A stretch of 64,000 nt of DNA from Candidatus Omnitrophota bacterium (lineage in GTDB: Bacteria; Omnitrophota; Gorgyraeia; Gygaellales; Profunditerraquicolaceae): positions 396,154 through 460,153 of the forward strand of contig JBAZTA010000002.1 of assembly GCA_041662125.1 (NCBI GenBank). Direction: 5' to 3'. The translations under genes and the position numbers were made by a program. This document shows positions 17,291 through 25,246 of this stretch, in pieces (the stretch's first letter is position 1; every line of letters begins with the position of its first letter). A model generated the notes under the pieces. The model worked only from the letters and a program-made list of their open reading frames with translations. It was not told the origin of the DNA and searched no databases.

Positions 17291-19078
17291 ATGAAACGCT
17301 ACACGATTACTTTATGCGACGGGCCCAGCTGTATGCACAAAAAATCAAAGGACCTGCAGGAAGCCATTGAGCGTGAGCTGGAAAAACACGGTATTTTAGA
17401 TAAGGTCAGCATCAATCTCTCCGGCTGCCTGGGGATGTGTCCCAAGGGACCGGTTATGATCATAAATCCGGGGTATACCATATACGGGAAAGTAAGTGTC
17501 GCCGACATTCCCCTGATCATTGAAGGGCATTTGCTGAAGAATAAACCGCTTGCTTCCCTGGTTATCGATGAAGACCATCTTTATAACCGTTTCTTTCGGG
17601 TATTCGGGGATATTAATTTTTTTGGTAAACAGATGAGGATCGCCTTGCGTAACTGCGGTATCATCGACCCTGAGAGTATTGATGATTATCTTTCTGTCAG
17701 AGGCTATGAAGCCCTGGCAAAAGTGTTGACTGACAGTAAACCTCTTGAAGTTATCGCGGAAGTCAAAAAATCAGGGCTGCGGGGCAGGGGCGGGGCTGGT
17801 TTCCCAACGGGACTTAAGTGGGATTTGACGGCGCGGGAAAAAAGCGATGAAAGATACGTCATCTGCAACGCTGATGAGGGGGACCCGGGAGCGTTCATGG
17901 ACCGCAGTATGATCGAGGGAGACCCGCATACTATTATCGAGGGGATGATCATCGGCGGTTACGCCATAGGTTCCGGCAAGGGTATTGTTTATATCAGGGC
18001 TGAATATCCGTTGGCGATCAAACGGTTGGAGAAGGCTATTGAGGTTGCCCGCCGGGAAGGGTTTTTAGGAGAGAATATTTTAGGTTCCGGTTTTTCGTTC
18101 GATATTGAAATACGCCTGGGCGCGGGCGCATTTGTCTGCGGTGAGGAAACAGCGCTCATACATTCAGTTGAAGGCCACCGTGGTATGCCCCGTCCGCGTC
18201 CGCCTTATCCGTCGGTCAGCGGCCTCTTTGGTAAACCTACCGTCATCAATAATGTGGAAACCTGGGCCAATATCCCGGTCATCATACTCGATGGAGCTTC
18301 CTGGTTTAGTTCAATAGGCACAGAAAAAAGTAAAGGCAGTAAAGTCTTTGCCCTCGCCGGTAAGATCAAGAATACCGGGCTTGTTGAGGTGCCGATGGGC
18401 ACGACGCTTCGCCAGATCATTTATGATATTGGCGGAGGTGTCCCGAATAATAAAAAATTCAAAGCCGTTCAGACCGGGGGCCCTTCAGGCGGATGTATCC
18501 CGGAGGAATACCTCGATACCAAGATCGATTATGAATCGCTCTTACAGGTAGGCTCTATCATGGGATCAGGCGGCATGATCGTTATCGATGAAGAATCATG
18601 CATGGTCAATATCGCCAAGTTTTTCCTTGAATTTACCCAGAATGAGTCCTGCGGGAAATGCACTCCCTGCAGGGAAGGCACTAAGCGCATGCTTGAGATC
18701 TTGACCCGTATTACCAAAGGCCACGGCGTTCCTGAAGATATCGAAAAATTGGAGCGATTAGGCACTATGATCAAGAAAGCGTCTCTGTGTGGTTTAGGGC
18801 AGTCAGCTCCGAATCCGGTCTTAAGCACGCTGCGCCATTTTCGCAAGGAATATGAGGACCATATCCATTCAAAACATTGTGTCGCCGGGGTTTGCCAGGC
18901 GATGTTAGTTTATGAGATCCTTGACACCTGTGTCGGCTGTACTGTTTGTAAGAAAAACTGCCCTGTTTCAGCGATTAGCGGCAGTCCTAAACTCAAGCAT
19001 GAGATCATTCAGGAGAAGTGTATTAAATGCGGATTATGTTTTAAAGTATGTAAATTTAACGCTGTTAAAAAAAGCTAA
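17291..19078 (+). CDS. NuoF-like flavoprotein subunit of [FeFe] hydrogenase (HndC/HydB)
   Basis: N-terminal thioredoxin-like 2Fe-2S domain. NuoF core (GLRGRGGAGFPTGLKW). SLBB domain. Two C-terminal 4Fe-4S motifs (CVGCTVCKKNCP, CIKCGLCFKVC). Confidence 0.8.
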   Translation: MKRYTITLCDGPSCMHKKSKDLQEAIERELEKHGILDKVSINLSGCLGMCPKGPVMIINPGYTIYGKVSVADIPLIIEGHLLKNKPLASLVIDEDHLYNRFFRVFGDINFFGKQMRIALRNCGIIDPESIDDYLSVRGYEALAKVLTDSKPLEVIAEVKKSGLRGRGGAGFPTGLKWDLTAREKSDERYVICNADEGDPGAFMDRSMIEGDPHTIIEGMIIGGYAIGSGKGIVYIRAEYPLAIKRLEKAIEVARREGFLGENILGSGFSFDIEIRLGAGAFVCGEETALIHSVEGHRGMPRPRPPYPSVSGLFGKPTVINNVETWANIPVIILDGASWFSSIGTEKSKGSKVFALAGKIKNTGLVEVPMGTTLRQIIYDIGGGVPNNKKFKAVQTGGPSGGCIPEEYLDTKIDYESLLQVGSIMGSGGMIVIDEESCMVNIAKFFLEFTQNESCGKCTPCREGTKRMLEILTRITKGHGVPEDIEKLERLGTMIKKASLCGLGQSAPNPVLSTLRHFRKEYEDHIHSKHCVAGVCQAMLVYEILDTCVGCTVCKKNCPVSAISGSPKLKHEIIQEKCIKCGLCFKVCKFNAVKKS

Positions 19079-19131
19079 CCCCTCTGTGTCTGCCAGGACG
19101 GGTGTTTGCCGAATGAAGGAGCCAAGAAATA

Positions 19132-20904
19132 ATGGAAAAGATAACCATTTATATTAACGCTAAACCCTATGCGGTTGAACCGGATCAAACGATCATGCAG
19201 GCGGCTGATAAGCTGGGGTTTAGAATCCCGCGGCTTTGTTATCATCCGCGGCTTTCTATTGAAGGAGCCTGCCGCGTTTGCATCGTGGAAGTTGAGGGGA
19301 TGCGTAATTACGTAGCCAGCTGTGCGTTTCCTGTCAGTGAGGGGATAAAGATCCATACTGATTCTCAGGAGATCCGTCGGGCGCGCAGGGATATCGTGGA
19401 GTTGATCCTGGATAACCATCCTGATGACTGCCATACCTGCGAGCGGGATAGTATTTGCGAACTCCAGCGCTTGGCGTATTCGATGGGGATCCGTAACCGG
19501 CATTTTAAAGGTGAGAAGAAACAGTATGAAAAAGATATTTCATCGGCTTCAGTTGTTCGCGACCCGAATAAATGTATTCTTTGCGGCAGGTGCGTTAGGA
19601 TTTGTTCTGAGGTGCAAAAGGCACATACTCTGGGGCAGGCTTACCGCGGGTTTAAGACCGTTGTCATGCCTGCATATGATATGCCTTTTAAAGAGAGTGT
19701 CTGTACTAACTGCGGGCAGTGTATTAACGTTTGCCCCACGGCGGCATTTGTCGAGAAAAACCATACCCAGGAAGTATTCTCGAAATTAGATGATAAGTCG
19801 ATCATTAAAGTCGCTCAAGTCGCTCCATCGGTGCGCGCGGCGATAGGCGAAGCTTTCGGGATCGAAGCGGGAAGGTCAATGGAACATGAATTAGTTGCCG
19901 CGCTTAAGCGCCTGGGGTTTGATTATGTTTTTGATACGCAGTTTTCAGCTGACTTGACGATCATGGAAGAGGCAAGTGAATTCCTGGAAAGAGTCCAGGG
20001 TAAGGGCAAGCTGCCGATGATCACTTCTTGTTCAAGCGCCTGGATGAAATGCCTGGAACAATTTTATCCTGATCTGATCGATAATGTTTCGACCTGTAAA
20101 TCTCCCATGTCAATGATGGGGGCTCTGATTAAGACGTACTTCGCGCAGAAAATCAAACAAGATCCAAAGAATATCCTGAATGTTGCGATCATGTGCTGTA
20201 CTGCCAAAAAATATGAAGCGGCGCGGCCGGAACTGATGGTTGACGGTATGCCGGGGACCGATATGGTGGTAACGACTAGAGAAATGGCCTGGATGATCAA
20301 GTCAGCCGGGATAGATCTCCTGCGTATCAAGGGCGAGAATTTTGATGAGCCTCTTGGGCTTTCTTCGGGTGCGGGCACTATTTTTGGCGCTACCGGCGGC
20401 GTCATGGAAGCCGCGATCAGGACTGCCTATGAATTGTATACGGGTGAAACGCTGCTTGATATTGAGATCAGCGATTTGCGCGGGTTAAAGGGGATTAAGG
20501 AAGGTAAAATCGTCTTAGACGGTAAGGAGATACGGGTTGCTGTTGCGCATGGCCTGGGGAATGCCTGTGACCTGCTTGACGTTGTCCGTCACGACCCCGA
20601 TAAATACCATTTTATCGAGATCATGGGGTGCCCCGGCGGATGTATCGGCGGAGGCGGCCAGCCGTATGCGGGTATTAATTCAATTCCTTTGGATGAAGAG
20701 TGCCTGAATAAAAGAGCTGAAGCGCTCTACAACATTGACCGGAATAAAACGATCCGCAGAAGCCATGAAAATCCTGATGTGCAGAGGATCTATAAAGAGT
20801 TTCTGGGCAGGCCGTTGAGCGCCCAGTCGCATAAACTTTTGCATACGCATTATAAAGCGAAAGAGCCTCAAGGCATAATCCCGAGAGAATTTACGGTTAA
20901 ATAA
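19132..20904 (+). CDS. hydA: [FeFe] hydrogenase catalytic subunit (HydA/HndD) with non-canonical H-cluster motifs
   Basis: NuoG-like N-terminal 2Fe-2S and 4Fe-4S domains. H-cluster L3 motif EIMGCPGGCIGGGGQP is canonical. L1 reads TSCSSAW (canonical TSCCPxW). L2 reads MCCTAKKYE (canonical MPCxxKxxE). Confidence 0.8.
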   Translation: MEKITIYINAKPYAVEPDQTIMQAADKLGFRIPRLCYHPRLSIEGACRVCIVEVEGMRNYVASCAFPVSEGIKIHTDSQEIRRARRDIVELILDNHPDDCHTCERDSICELQRLAYSMGIRNRHFKGEKKQYEKDISSASVVRDPNKCILCGRCVRICSEVQKAHTLGQAYRGFKTVVMPAYDMPFKESVCTNCGQCINVCPTAAFVEKNHTQEVFSKLDDKSIIKVAQVAPSVRAAIGEAFGIEAGRSMEHELVAALKRLGFDYVFDTQFSADLTIMEEASEFLERVQGKGKLPMITSCSSAWMKCLEQFYPDLIDNVSTCKSPMSMMGALIKTYFAQKIKQDPKNILNVAIMCCTAKKYEAARPELMVDGMPGTDMVVTTREMAWMIKSAGIDLLRIKGENFDEPLGLSSGAGTIFGATGGVMEAAIRTAYELYTGETLLDIEISDLRGLKGIKEGKIVLDGKEIRVAVAHGLGNACDLLDVVRHDPDKYHFIEIMGCPGGCIGGGGQPYAGINSIPLDEECLNKRAEALYNIDRNKTIRRSHENPDVQRIYKEFLGRPLSAQSHKLLHTHYKAKEPQGIIPREFTVK

Positions 20905-20917
20905 CGGAGGTAATGAT

Positions 20918-21418
20918 ATGTGTTCTGCCAATAACGGGAAACAGCTTGCATTAAGGGCATTTATGGATAACTGTAAAGAAAAAGCGCATCCTGAATCAAA
21001 CCTGATCTCCATATTGCACAAAGCGCAGGAATTGTATGGATATTTAAGTAAGGAAGTCATGGATGATGTGGCGACGCGGATGAATATTCCGACTGCCCAT
21101 ATTTGGGGAGTGGCGACATTTTACCATTATTTTAATCTTAAACCTAAAGGCAAGCATACGGTTTCCATTTGTTTGGGGACTGCTTGTTATGTAAAAGGCG
21201 CTGACCAGATTTTGGACGCGATCAGGGAGGAGTTAATGATCGATGTCGGCCAGACGAGTGAGGATGATTTATTTACCTTGCAGGAAGCCCGTTGTTTGGG
21301 GACCTGCGGGCTTGCCCCGGTGGTCATGATCGATGAAAAGATCTACGGTAACCTGACACCTAAGAAAACTATAGAGATATTGCAGGGATATAAAAAGGCC
21401 GCGGGAAAGTATGATTAA
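20918..21418 (+). CDS. NuoE-like [2Fe-2S] subunit of [FeFe] hydrogenase (HndA/HydC)
   Basis: CLGTACYVKG...CLGTCGLAP Cys pattern of the NuoE thioredoxin-like ferredoxin. GGAGG RBS. Confidence 0.75.
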   Translation: MCSANNGKQLALRAFMDNCKEKAHPESNLISILHKAQELYGYLSKEVMDDVATRMNIPTAHIWGVATFYHYFNLKPKGKHTVSICLGTACYVKGADQILDAIREELMIDVGQTSEDDLFTLQEARCLGTCGLAPVVMIDEKIYGNLTPKKTIEILQGYKKAAGKYD

Positions 21419-22472
21419 AACCGAAACAATATTACAGAGGATTTATAAAGCCGAAGACCCTCGCGCGGCGGATATCGAGTATTTATTATCGCGGGAATCT
21501 TCTGATGAGGTGGGGATGATCTTTCGTTTTGCCGACTCGGTTCGCCGTGCCCACGCAGGAGACGGGATCCTCGCGCGCGGGATTATTGAGTTTTCCAACT
21601 ATTGCGCGAATTCTTGCGCTTATTGCGGGCTTAACAGGAATAACAAAAGTTTAAAACGGTACCGGCTCAGCCATGATGAGATCTTCAAAAGTATTCTTAA
21701 GATGGTTTCCTTAGGGATAAAGACCGTGGTCTTGCAGTCAGGAGAAGATTTTAGTATGGAAGCACTCCTTTTAAAAGAAACTATTGAGGAGATAAAGGCG
21801 CGTTTTGATGTTGCTCTTACGCTTTCTGTTGGAGAAAGAAGTGCCCGCGATTACCGCCTCTGGCGTAAGGCAGGCGCGGACCGGTATTTGCTTAAGATCG
21901 AGACAACGAATCGAAGATTGTATGAATCGCTTCATGCGGGGATGAGTTTTCAGCAGAGGATAAACTGCCTCAAGGCGCTTCAGGATCTCGGCTATCAAAC
22001 CGGTTCAGGAGTAATCGTTGGTTTAAAGGGCCAGACACTCCGCATGCTCGCCGAGGATATCGTGTTTTTCAAGAAAAACAATTTTGATATGATCGGGATC
22101 GGCCCGTTTATTCCGCATCCGGCTACTAAACTCAAAAACCAGGCGCAGGCAGATGTGAGCCTGACGTTGAAAACACTGGCGCTTACCAGGATCGTTACTA
22201 AAAATGCGCATCTTCCCGCGACAACAGCGTTAGGCAGTATCGGGAAGAGGGATTTTAAGATCGACGGGCTTCGCGCGGGGGCAAACGTGATCATGCTTAA
22301 TTTTACTCCTCCAGAATACAGCAGATTATATGAAATATATCCCGGTAAAGGCAATCACGACGGATTGATCGCGTCATACGAATCGTATATGCGAGGCTTG
22401 AGCGAGGCTACGGGCAGGCCATTTGATTTCGCCCGGGGAGATTCTCTGGTGCAGGTGACCGACAACCGATAA
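21411..22472 (+). CDS. hydE: HydE-family radical SAM maturase (second paralog, no HypC-like extension)
   Basis: IIEFSNYCANSCAYCGLNRNNKSLKRYR matches the HydE radical-SAM region. LQSGED and GPFIPHPATKL motifs present. Closes the structural operon. Confidence 0.75.
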   Translation: MIKTETILQRIYKAEDPRAADIEYLLSRESSDEVGMIFRFADSVRRAHAGDGILARGIIEFSNYCANSCAYCGLNRNNKSLKRYRLSHDEIFKSILKMVSLGIKTVVLQSGEDFSMEALLLKETIEEIKARFDVALTLSVGERSARDYRLWRKAGADRYLLKIETTNRRLYESLHAGMSFQQRINCLKALQDLGYQTGSGVIVGLKGQTLRMLAEDIVFFKKNNFDMIGIGPFIPHPATKLKNQAQADVSLTLKTLALTRIVTKNAHLPATTALGSIGKRDFKIDGLRAGANVIMLNFTPPEYSRLYEIYPGKGNHDGLIASYESYMRGLSEATGRPFDFARGDSLVQVTDNR

Positions 22473-22478
22473 CCGTAA

Positions 22479-22551
22479 CACCCGGCGCTAATTGCACCCA
22501 TCCTCATTGGTGTGGCTGGGTACGCCGCTTGCTGCGGCGGTATTGCGCTGG
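22479..22551 (+). repeat. Conserved intergenic element family A, copy 3 (downstream of hydE2, upstream of the response regulator)
   Basis: See copy 1. Followed by a variable hairpin (CTCGCC/GGCGAG) and the response-regulator promoter. Confidence 0.7.
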
Positions 22552-22625
22552 TGAGCCGTTTTCTACTGCAGGAAGCAGACACTCGCCTTTCCAATTAAGG
22601 CGAGGTGTGCGGCACATTATTTCTA

Positions 22626-22653
22626 TTGAGTTAAAAAATAAGTTTGTTATAAT
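22626..22653 (+). promoter_or_regulatory. Sigma70-like promoter upstream of the response-regulator gene
   Basis: TTGAGT, 16-nt spacer, TATAAT, about 25 nt upstream of the AAAGGAGG RBS. Confidence 0.5.
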
Positions 22654-22678
22654 AAATACCAACAAAGGAGGAAATACG

Positions 22679-23065
22679 ATGTCCAAGAAAATACTTATTA
22701 TTGATGATGATGCTGATTTTGTAGAAGCGATTACTACCTTGCTGGATGCCAAAGGTTATGAGGTGACTTCTGCTCCTGACGGGGAAGAAGGGTTTAAGAA
22801 GGCAAAGTCAAGTGTCCCGAACCTGATCTTACTTGATGTCATGATGGCGACAAAGACGCAAGGCTTCGATATTGCGGTAAATCTCAAGAAAGAAGCAAAA
22901 ACAAAAGATGTGCCTGTGGTTATGATCACCGGTATTAAGCGTGACATGAACCTTCCTTTTGGTTTTGAGCCTGATGAAGACTGGCTGCCGGTTAAAGCTG
23001 TTTTAGAAAAACCGGTAAAGCCTGAGGTGTTGTTAAAGGCTGTTGAGGAACATATTAAAAAATAA
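22679..23065 (+). CDS. Single-domain response regulator (CheY-like receiver)
   Basis: ILIIDDD acidic pocket, phospho-acceptor D in LILLDVMM, and a conserved K. No output domain. ATG at 22679 with AAAGGAGG RBS. The track start 22529 lies inside the upstream repeat. Confidence 0.7.
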   Translation: MSKKILIIDDDADFVEAITTLLDAKGYEVTSAPDGEEGFKKAKSSVPNLILLDVMMATKTQGFDIAVNLKKEAKTKDVPVVMITGIKRDMNLPFGFEPDEDWLPVKAVLEKPVKPEVLLKAVEEHIKK

Positions 23066-23094
23066 AATAGTATTAGTATAGGGTATAAGATCAG

Positions 23095-23131
23095 AGGGCA
23101 GTGTTATTAATTCCATAACACTGCCCTTTTT
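23095..23131 (+). terminator. Rho-independent terminator after the response-regulator gene
   Basis: Perfect 13-bp stem AGGGCAGTGTTAT/ATAACACTGCCCT, 7-nt loop, then TTTTT. Confidence 0.8.
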
Positions 23132-23150
23132 GCCGGTGATCGGTTATCGT

Positions 23151-23239
23151 AAGACCGGGTCTTGGACGGTTGATTAACTTACCCCCCGGCCTTAAAGGAT
23201 ATGCCGGGGGTGCGGCTTTCTGCCGCAAGACCCGGTCTT
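23151..23239. repeat. REP-like palindromic element cluster (upstream of the PIF1-like helicase)
   Basis: Perfect 13-bp palindromes AAGACCGGGTCTT (23151-23163) and AAGACCCGGTCTT (23227-23239). Between them lies the GC hairpin CCCCGGC/GCCGGGG. The motif CGGGGGTGCGGCTTTCTGCCGCAAGACC is shared with 29785-29815. Confidence 0.7.
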
Positions 23240-23266
23240 GAAATGGAATAAAACCCGAGTGAGCTC

Positions 23267-24835
23267 ATGAAGCCAAAAACTATAGAGATCAACGAGCAAT
23301 TCAAGAAAGCCTTGGATGTAATAGAAAATACCTCAAAGAACGTTTTTGTTACCGGAAAAGCAGGAACCGGTAAATCAACGCTCTTGGAGTATTTTCGTTC
23401 CAAAACTAAAAAGAAAATCGCGGTATTGGCTCCTACCGGTGTAGCCGCCTTGAATGTGCGTGGAGAAACCATCCATTCTTTCTTTAGGTTTAAGCCAAAT
23501 ATCACGCTTGAGAAAATAAAAAAGATTAAAGGAAAGCGCGCGCGGATATTCAAGGAAATAGAGGCGATTGTCATTGATGAAATATCCATGGTGCGCGCTG
23601 ATCTGCTGGACTGTATAGAGAGATTCTTGCGTTTAAATGGAAAGAATTCAGGTATGCTTTTTGGCGGCATTCAGATGATCTTTATCGGGGACCTCTATCA
23701 ATTGCCTCCGGTAGTTACCTTACGGGAAAAGCATATATTCAGCCAGTATTATCAAAGCCCGTATTTTTTCTCTGCGCGTTTATTTGAAGAACTTGAAATG
23801 GAATTTATCGAGCTCGAGAAGATTTACCGTCAGAAGGATGAGGATTTCATAGGTTTGCTTAATGCTATCCGTAACAACAGTATTACGGATGAAATGCTGG
23901 AGATGCTCAATACGCGCGCTCAGCCATGTATGGATGATCGCCGTGAAGCGTTTACCTTGCACTTAACCACGACCAATCAAATGGCTGCCCGGATTAATAA
24001 CTACCACTTACAGCAGCTTAGGTCAAAAATATTCACCTATCAGGCAGAAATGTCTGGTGATTTCCAAGAACATACCTGTCCTGCTGATGCTCAATTACAG
24101 GTTGCGGTCGGGGCTCAGGTGATGTTATTGAATAATGATTCTGAGGATAGGTGGGTCAATGGTTCCATCGCGGAAGTTAAGGAAATAAAGCATGATAAGA
24201 AAAATGATACCGATGTGATTTATGTCCGGATGCAGGATGGTTCTCTGGAAGAAGTCTTGCCGCATAGCTGGGAATTATTCCATTATCGTTTTAACGAAGA
24301 CACCTTTTCCATAGAAACAGAATCAGCCGGCTCATTCACGCAATATCCGCTTAAGTTGGCGTGGGCAATTACTATTCATAAGAGCCAGGGTAAGACTTTT
24401 GAGAGGGTAGTTATCGATATGGGAAACGGCGCGTTTGCCAATGGTCAAACCTATGTTGCCTTAAGCAGGTGCACTTCTTTGGACGGCATTATACTTAAAC
24501 GTTCGATCAGAAAATCAGATATCCGCATGGATTGGAATATCGCGGAATTCCTGACGAAATACCAGTATGCGTTGTCCCAACGAGACTTGCCGCTTGAGGA
24601 CAAAGTGGATTTGATCGAACAGGCGATTAAGAACGATTGTCACCTTGCCATTGTATATCTTAAAGCCAGTGATGAGAAAACGCGCAGGGTAATTAAGCCT
24701 CTTGGTGTTGGCAAGAAAGAGTATCGGGGAGAAACCTTTATCGGCGTAGATGCGTATTGCCTCAAGCGTGGGGAAGAACGGGTTTTTCGGGTGGACTGGA
24801 TGCTGGAGATAAAGCTAGCCGATGTTCCCCACTAA
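23267..24835 (+). CDS. PIF1/RecD-like superfamily 1 helicase with uncharacterised C-terminal extension
   Basis: Walker A VFVTGKAGTGKST. PIF1-type motifs (IDEISMV, ITIHKSQGKTFERVVI). ~120-aa C-terminal region of unknown function. Confidence 0.7.
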   Translation: MKPKTIEINEQFKKALDVIENTSKNVFVTGKAGTGKSTLLEYFRSKTKKKIAVLAPTGVAALNVRGETIHSFFRFKPNITLEKIKKIKGKRARIFKEIEAIVIDEISMVRADLLDCIERFLRLNGKNSGMLFGGIQMIFIGDLYQLPPVVTLREKHIFSQYYQSPYFFSARLFEELEMEFIELEKIYRQKDEDFIGLLNAIRNNSITDEMLEMLNTRAQPCMDDRREAFTLHLTTTNQMAARINNYHLQQLRSKIFTYQAEMSGDFQEHTCPADAQLQVAVGAQVMLLNNDSEDRWVNGSIAEVKEIKHDKKNDTDVIYVRMQDGSLEEVLPHSWELFHYRFNEDTFSIETESAGSFTQYPLKLAWAITIHKSQGKTFERVVIDMGNGAFANGQTYVALSRCTSLDGIILKRSIRKSDIRMDWNIAEFLTKYQYALSQRDLPLEDKVDLIEQAIKNDCHLAIVYLKASDEKTRRVIKPLGVGKKEYRGETFIGVDAYCLKRGEERVFRVDWMLEIKLADVPH

Positions 24836-24883
24836 GACCGGGACTTGGCAAGTTGTTTTAAAATGTTGATAAGTCCCGGTCTT
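24834..24883. repeat. REP-like inverted repeat (immediately downstream of the PIF1-like helicase stop codon)
   Basis: AAGACCGGGACTT ... AAGTCCCGGTCTT, a 13-bp inverted pair around a 24-nt AT-rich spacer. Near-identical unit at 29809-29858. Confidence 0.7.
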
Positions 24884-24911
24884 AAAACAACAGGCTGCGG
24901 CACAAATTTTC

Positions 24912-24939
24912 TTGACAAGAAGTAGGGGAGTGATAAAAT
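24912..24939 (+). promoter_or_regulatory. Sigma70-like promoter upstream of the hypA-like / [NiFe] hydrogenase operon
   Basis: TTGACA (24912-24917), 16-nt spacer, TAAAAT (24934-24939). Confidence 0.55.
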
Positions 24940-24958
24940 CAATAAAATCTCAATAAGA

Positions 24959-24976
24959 TTGTGATAAATTTCACAA
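24959..24976 (+). promoter_or_regulatory. Near-consensus Rex operator upstream of the [NiFe] hydrogenase operon
   Basis: TTGTGATAAATTTCACAA: perfect right half-site TTCACAA and a single mismatch in the left half-site (TTGTGAT) vs TTGTGAA-N4-TTCACAA. About 20 nt downstream of the -10. Confidence 0.6.
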
Positions 24977-24987
24977 TCAGCTGTTGT

Positions 24988-25230
24988 ATGCATGAAACAC
25001 ACCTCATAGCTAATATCTTGAAATACCTGGAAGAAGAAGAAAAGTCCCAATCCAGGAAAATTGCCAGGATATATATTTCCTTGTCGGAATTTGGCGGTTT
25101 GACCGAAGAGCATTTCCGGCATCATTACGACGAAGCGGTCGCGGGAAGCCGGTGGGAAAAGGTTTTTGTTGAAATCAAGAAGATCCCCTATGGCCCGGAG
25201 TTAGAAATTACAAAATTAGATTTTGCTTAA
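24988..25230 (+). CDS. hypA: HypA-like nickel metallochaperone N-terminal domain only (zinc-finger region absent)
   Basis: Starts MHETHL, matching the HypA MHE nickel-binding N-terminus and alpha/beta domain pattern. Ends after ~81 aa with no CxxC...CxxC zinc finger. Confidence 0.45.
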   Translation: MHETHLIANILKYLEEEEKSQSRKIARIYISLSEFGGLTEEHFRHHYDEAVAGSRWEKVFVEIKKIPYGPELEITKLDFA

Positions 25231-25246
25231 ACTTTAAGGAGGAACC

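Noticed and set aside
22529-22678. Upstream extension of the response-regulator ORF
   Set aside because: The extension lies within repeat A copy 3 and the promoter. ATG 22679 with AAAGGAGG RBS gives a canonical receiver N-terminus.
23179-23670. 163-aa minus-strand ORF spanning the REP cluster and helicase 5' end
   Set aside because: Runs through palindromic repeats and is antisense to the helicase Walker A region. No independent support.
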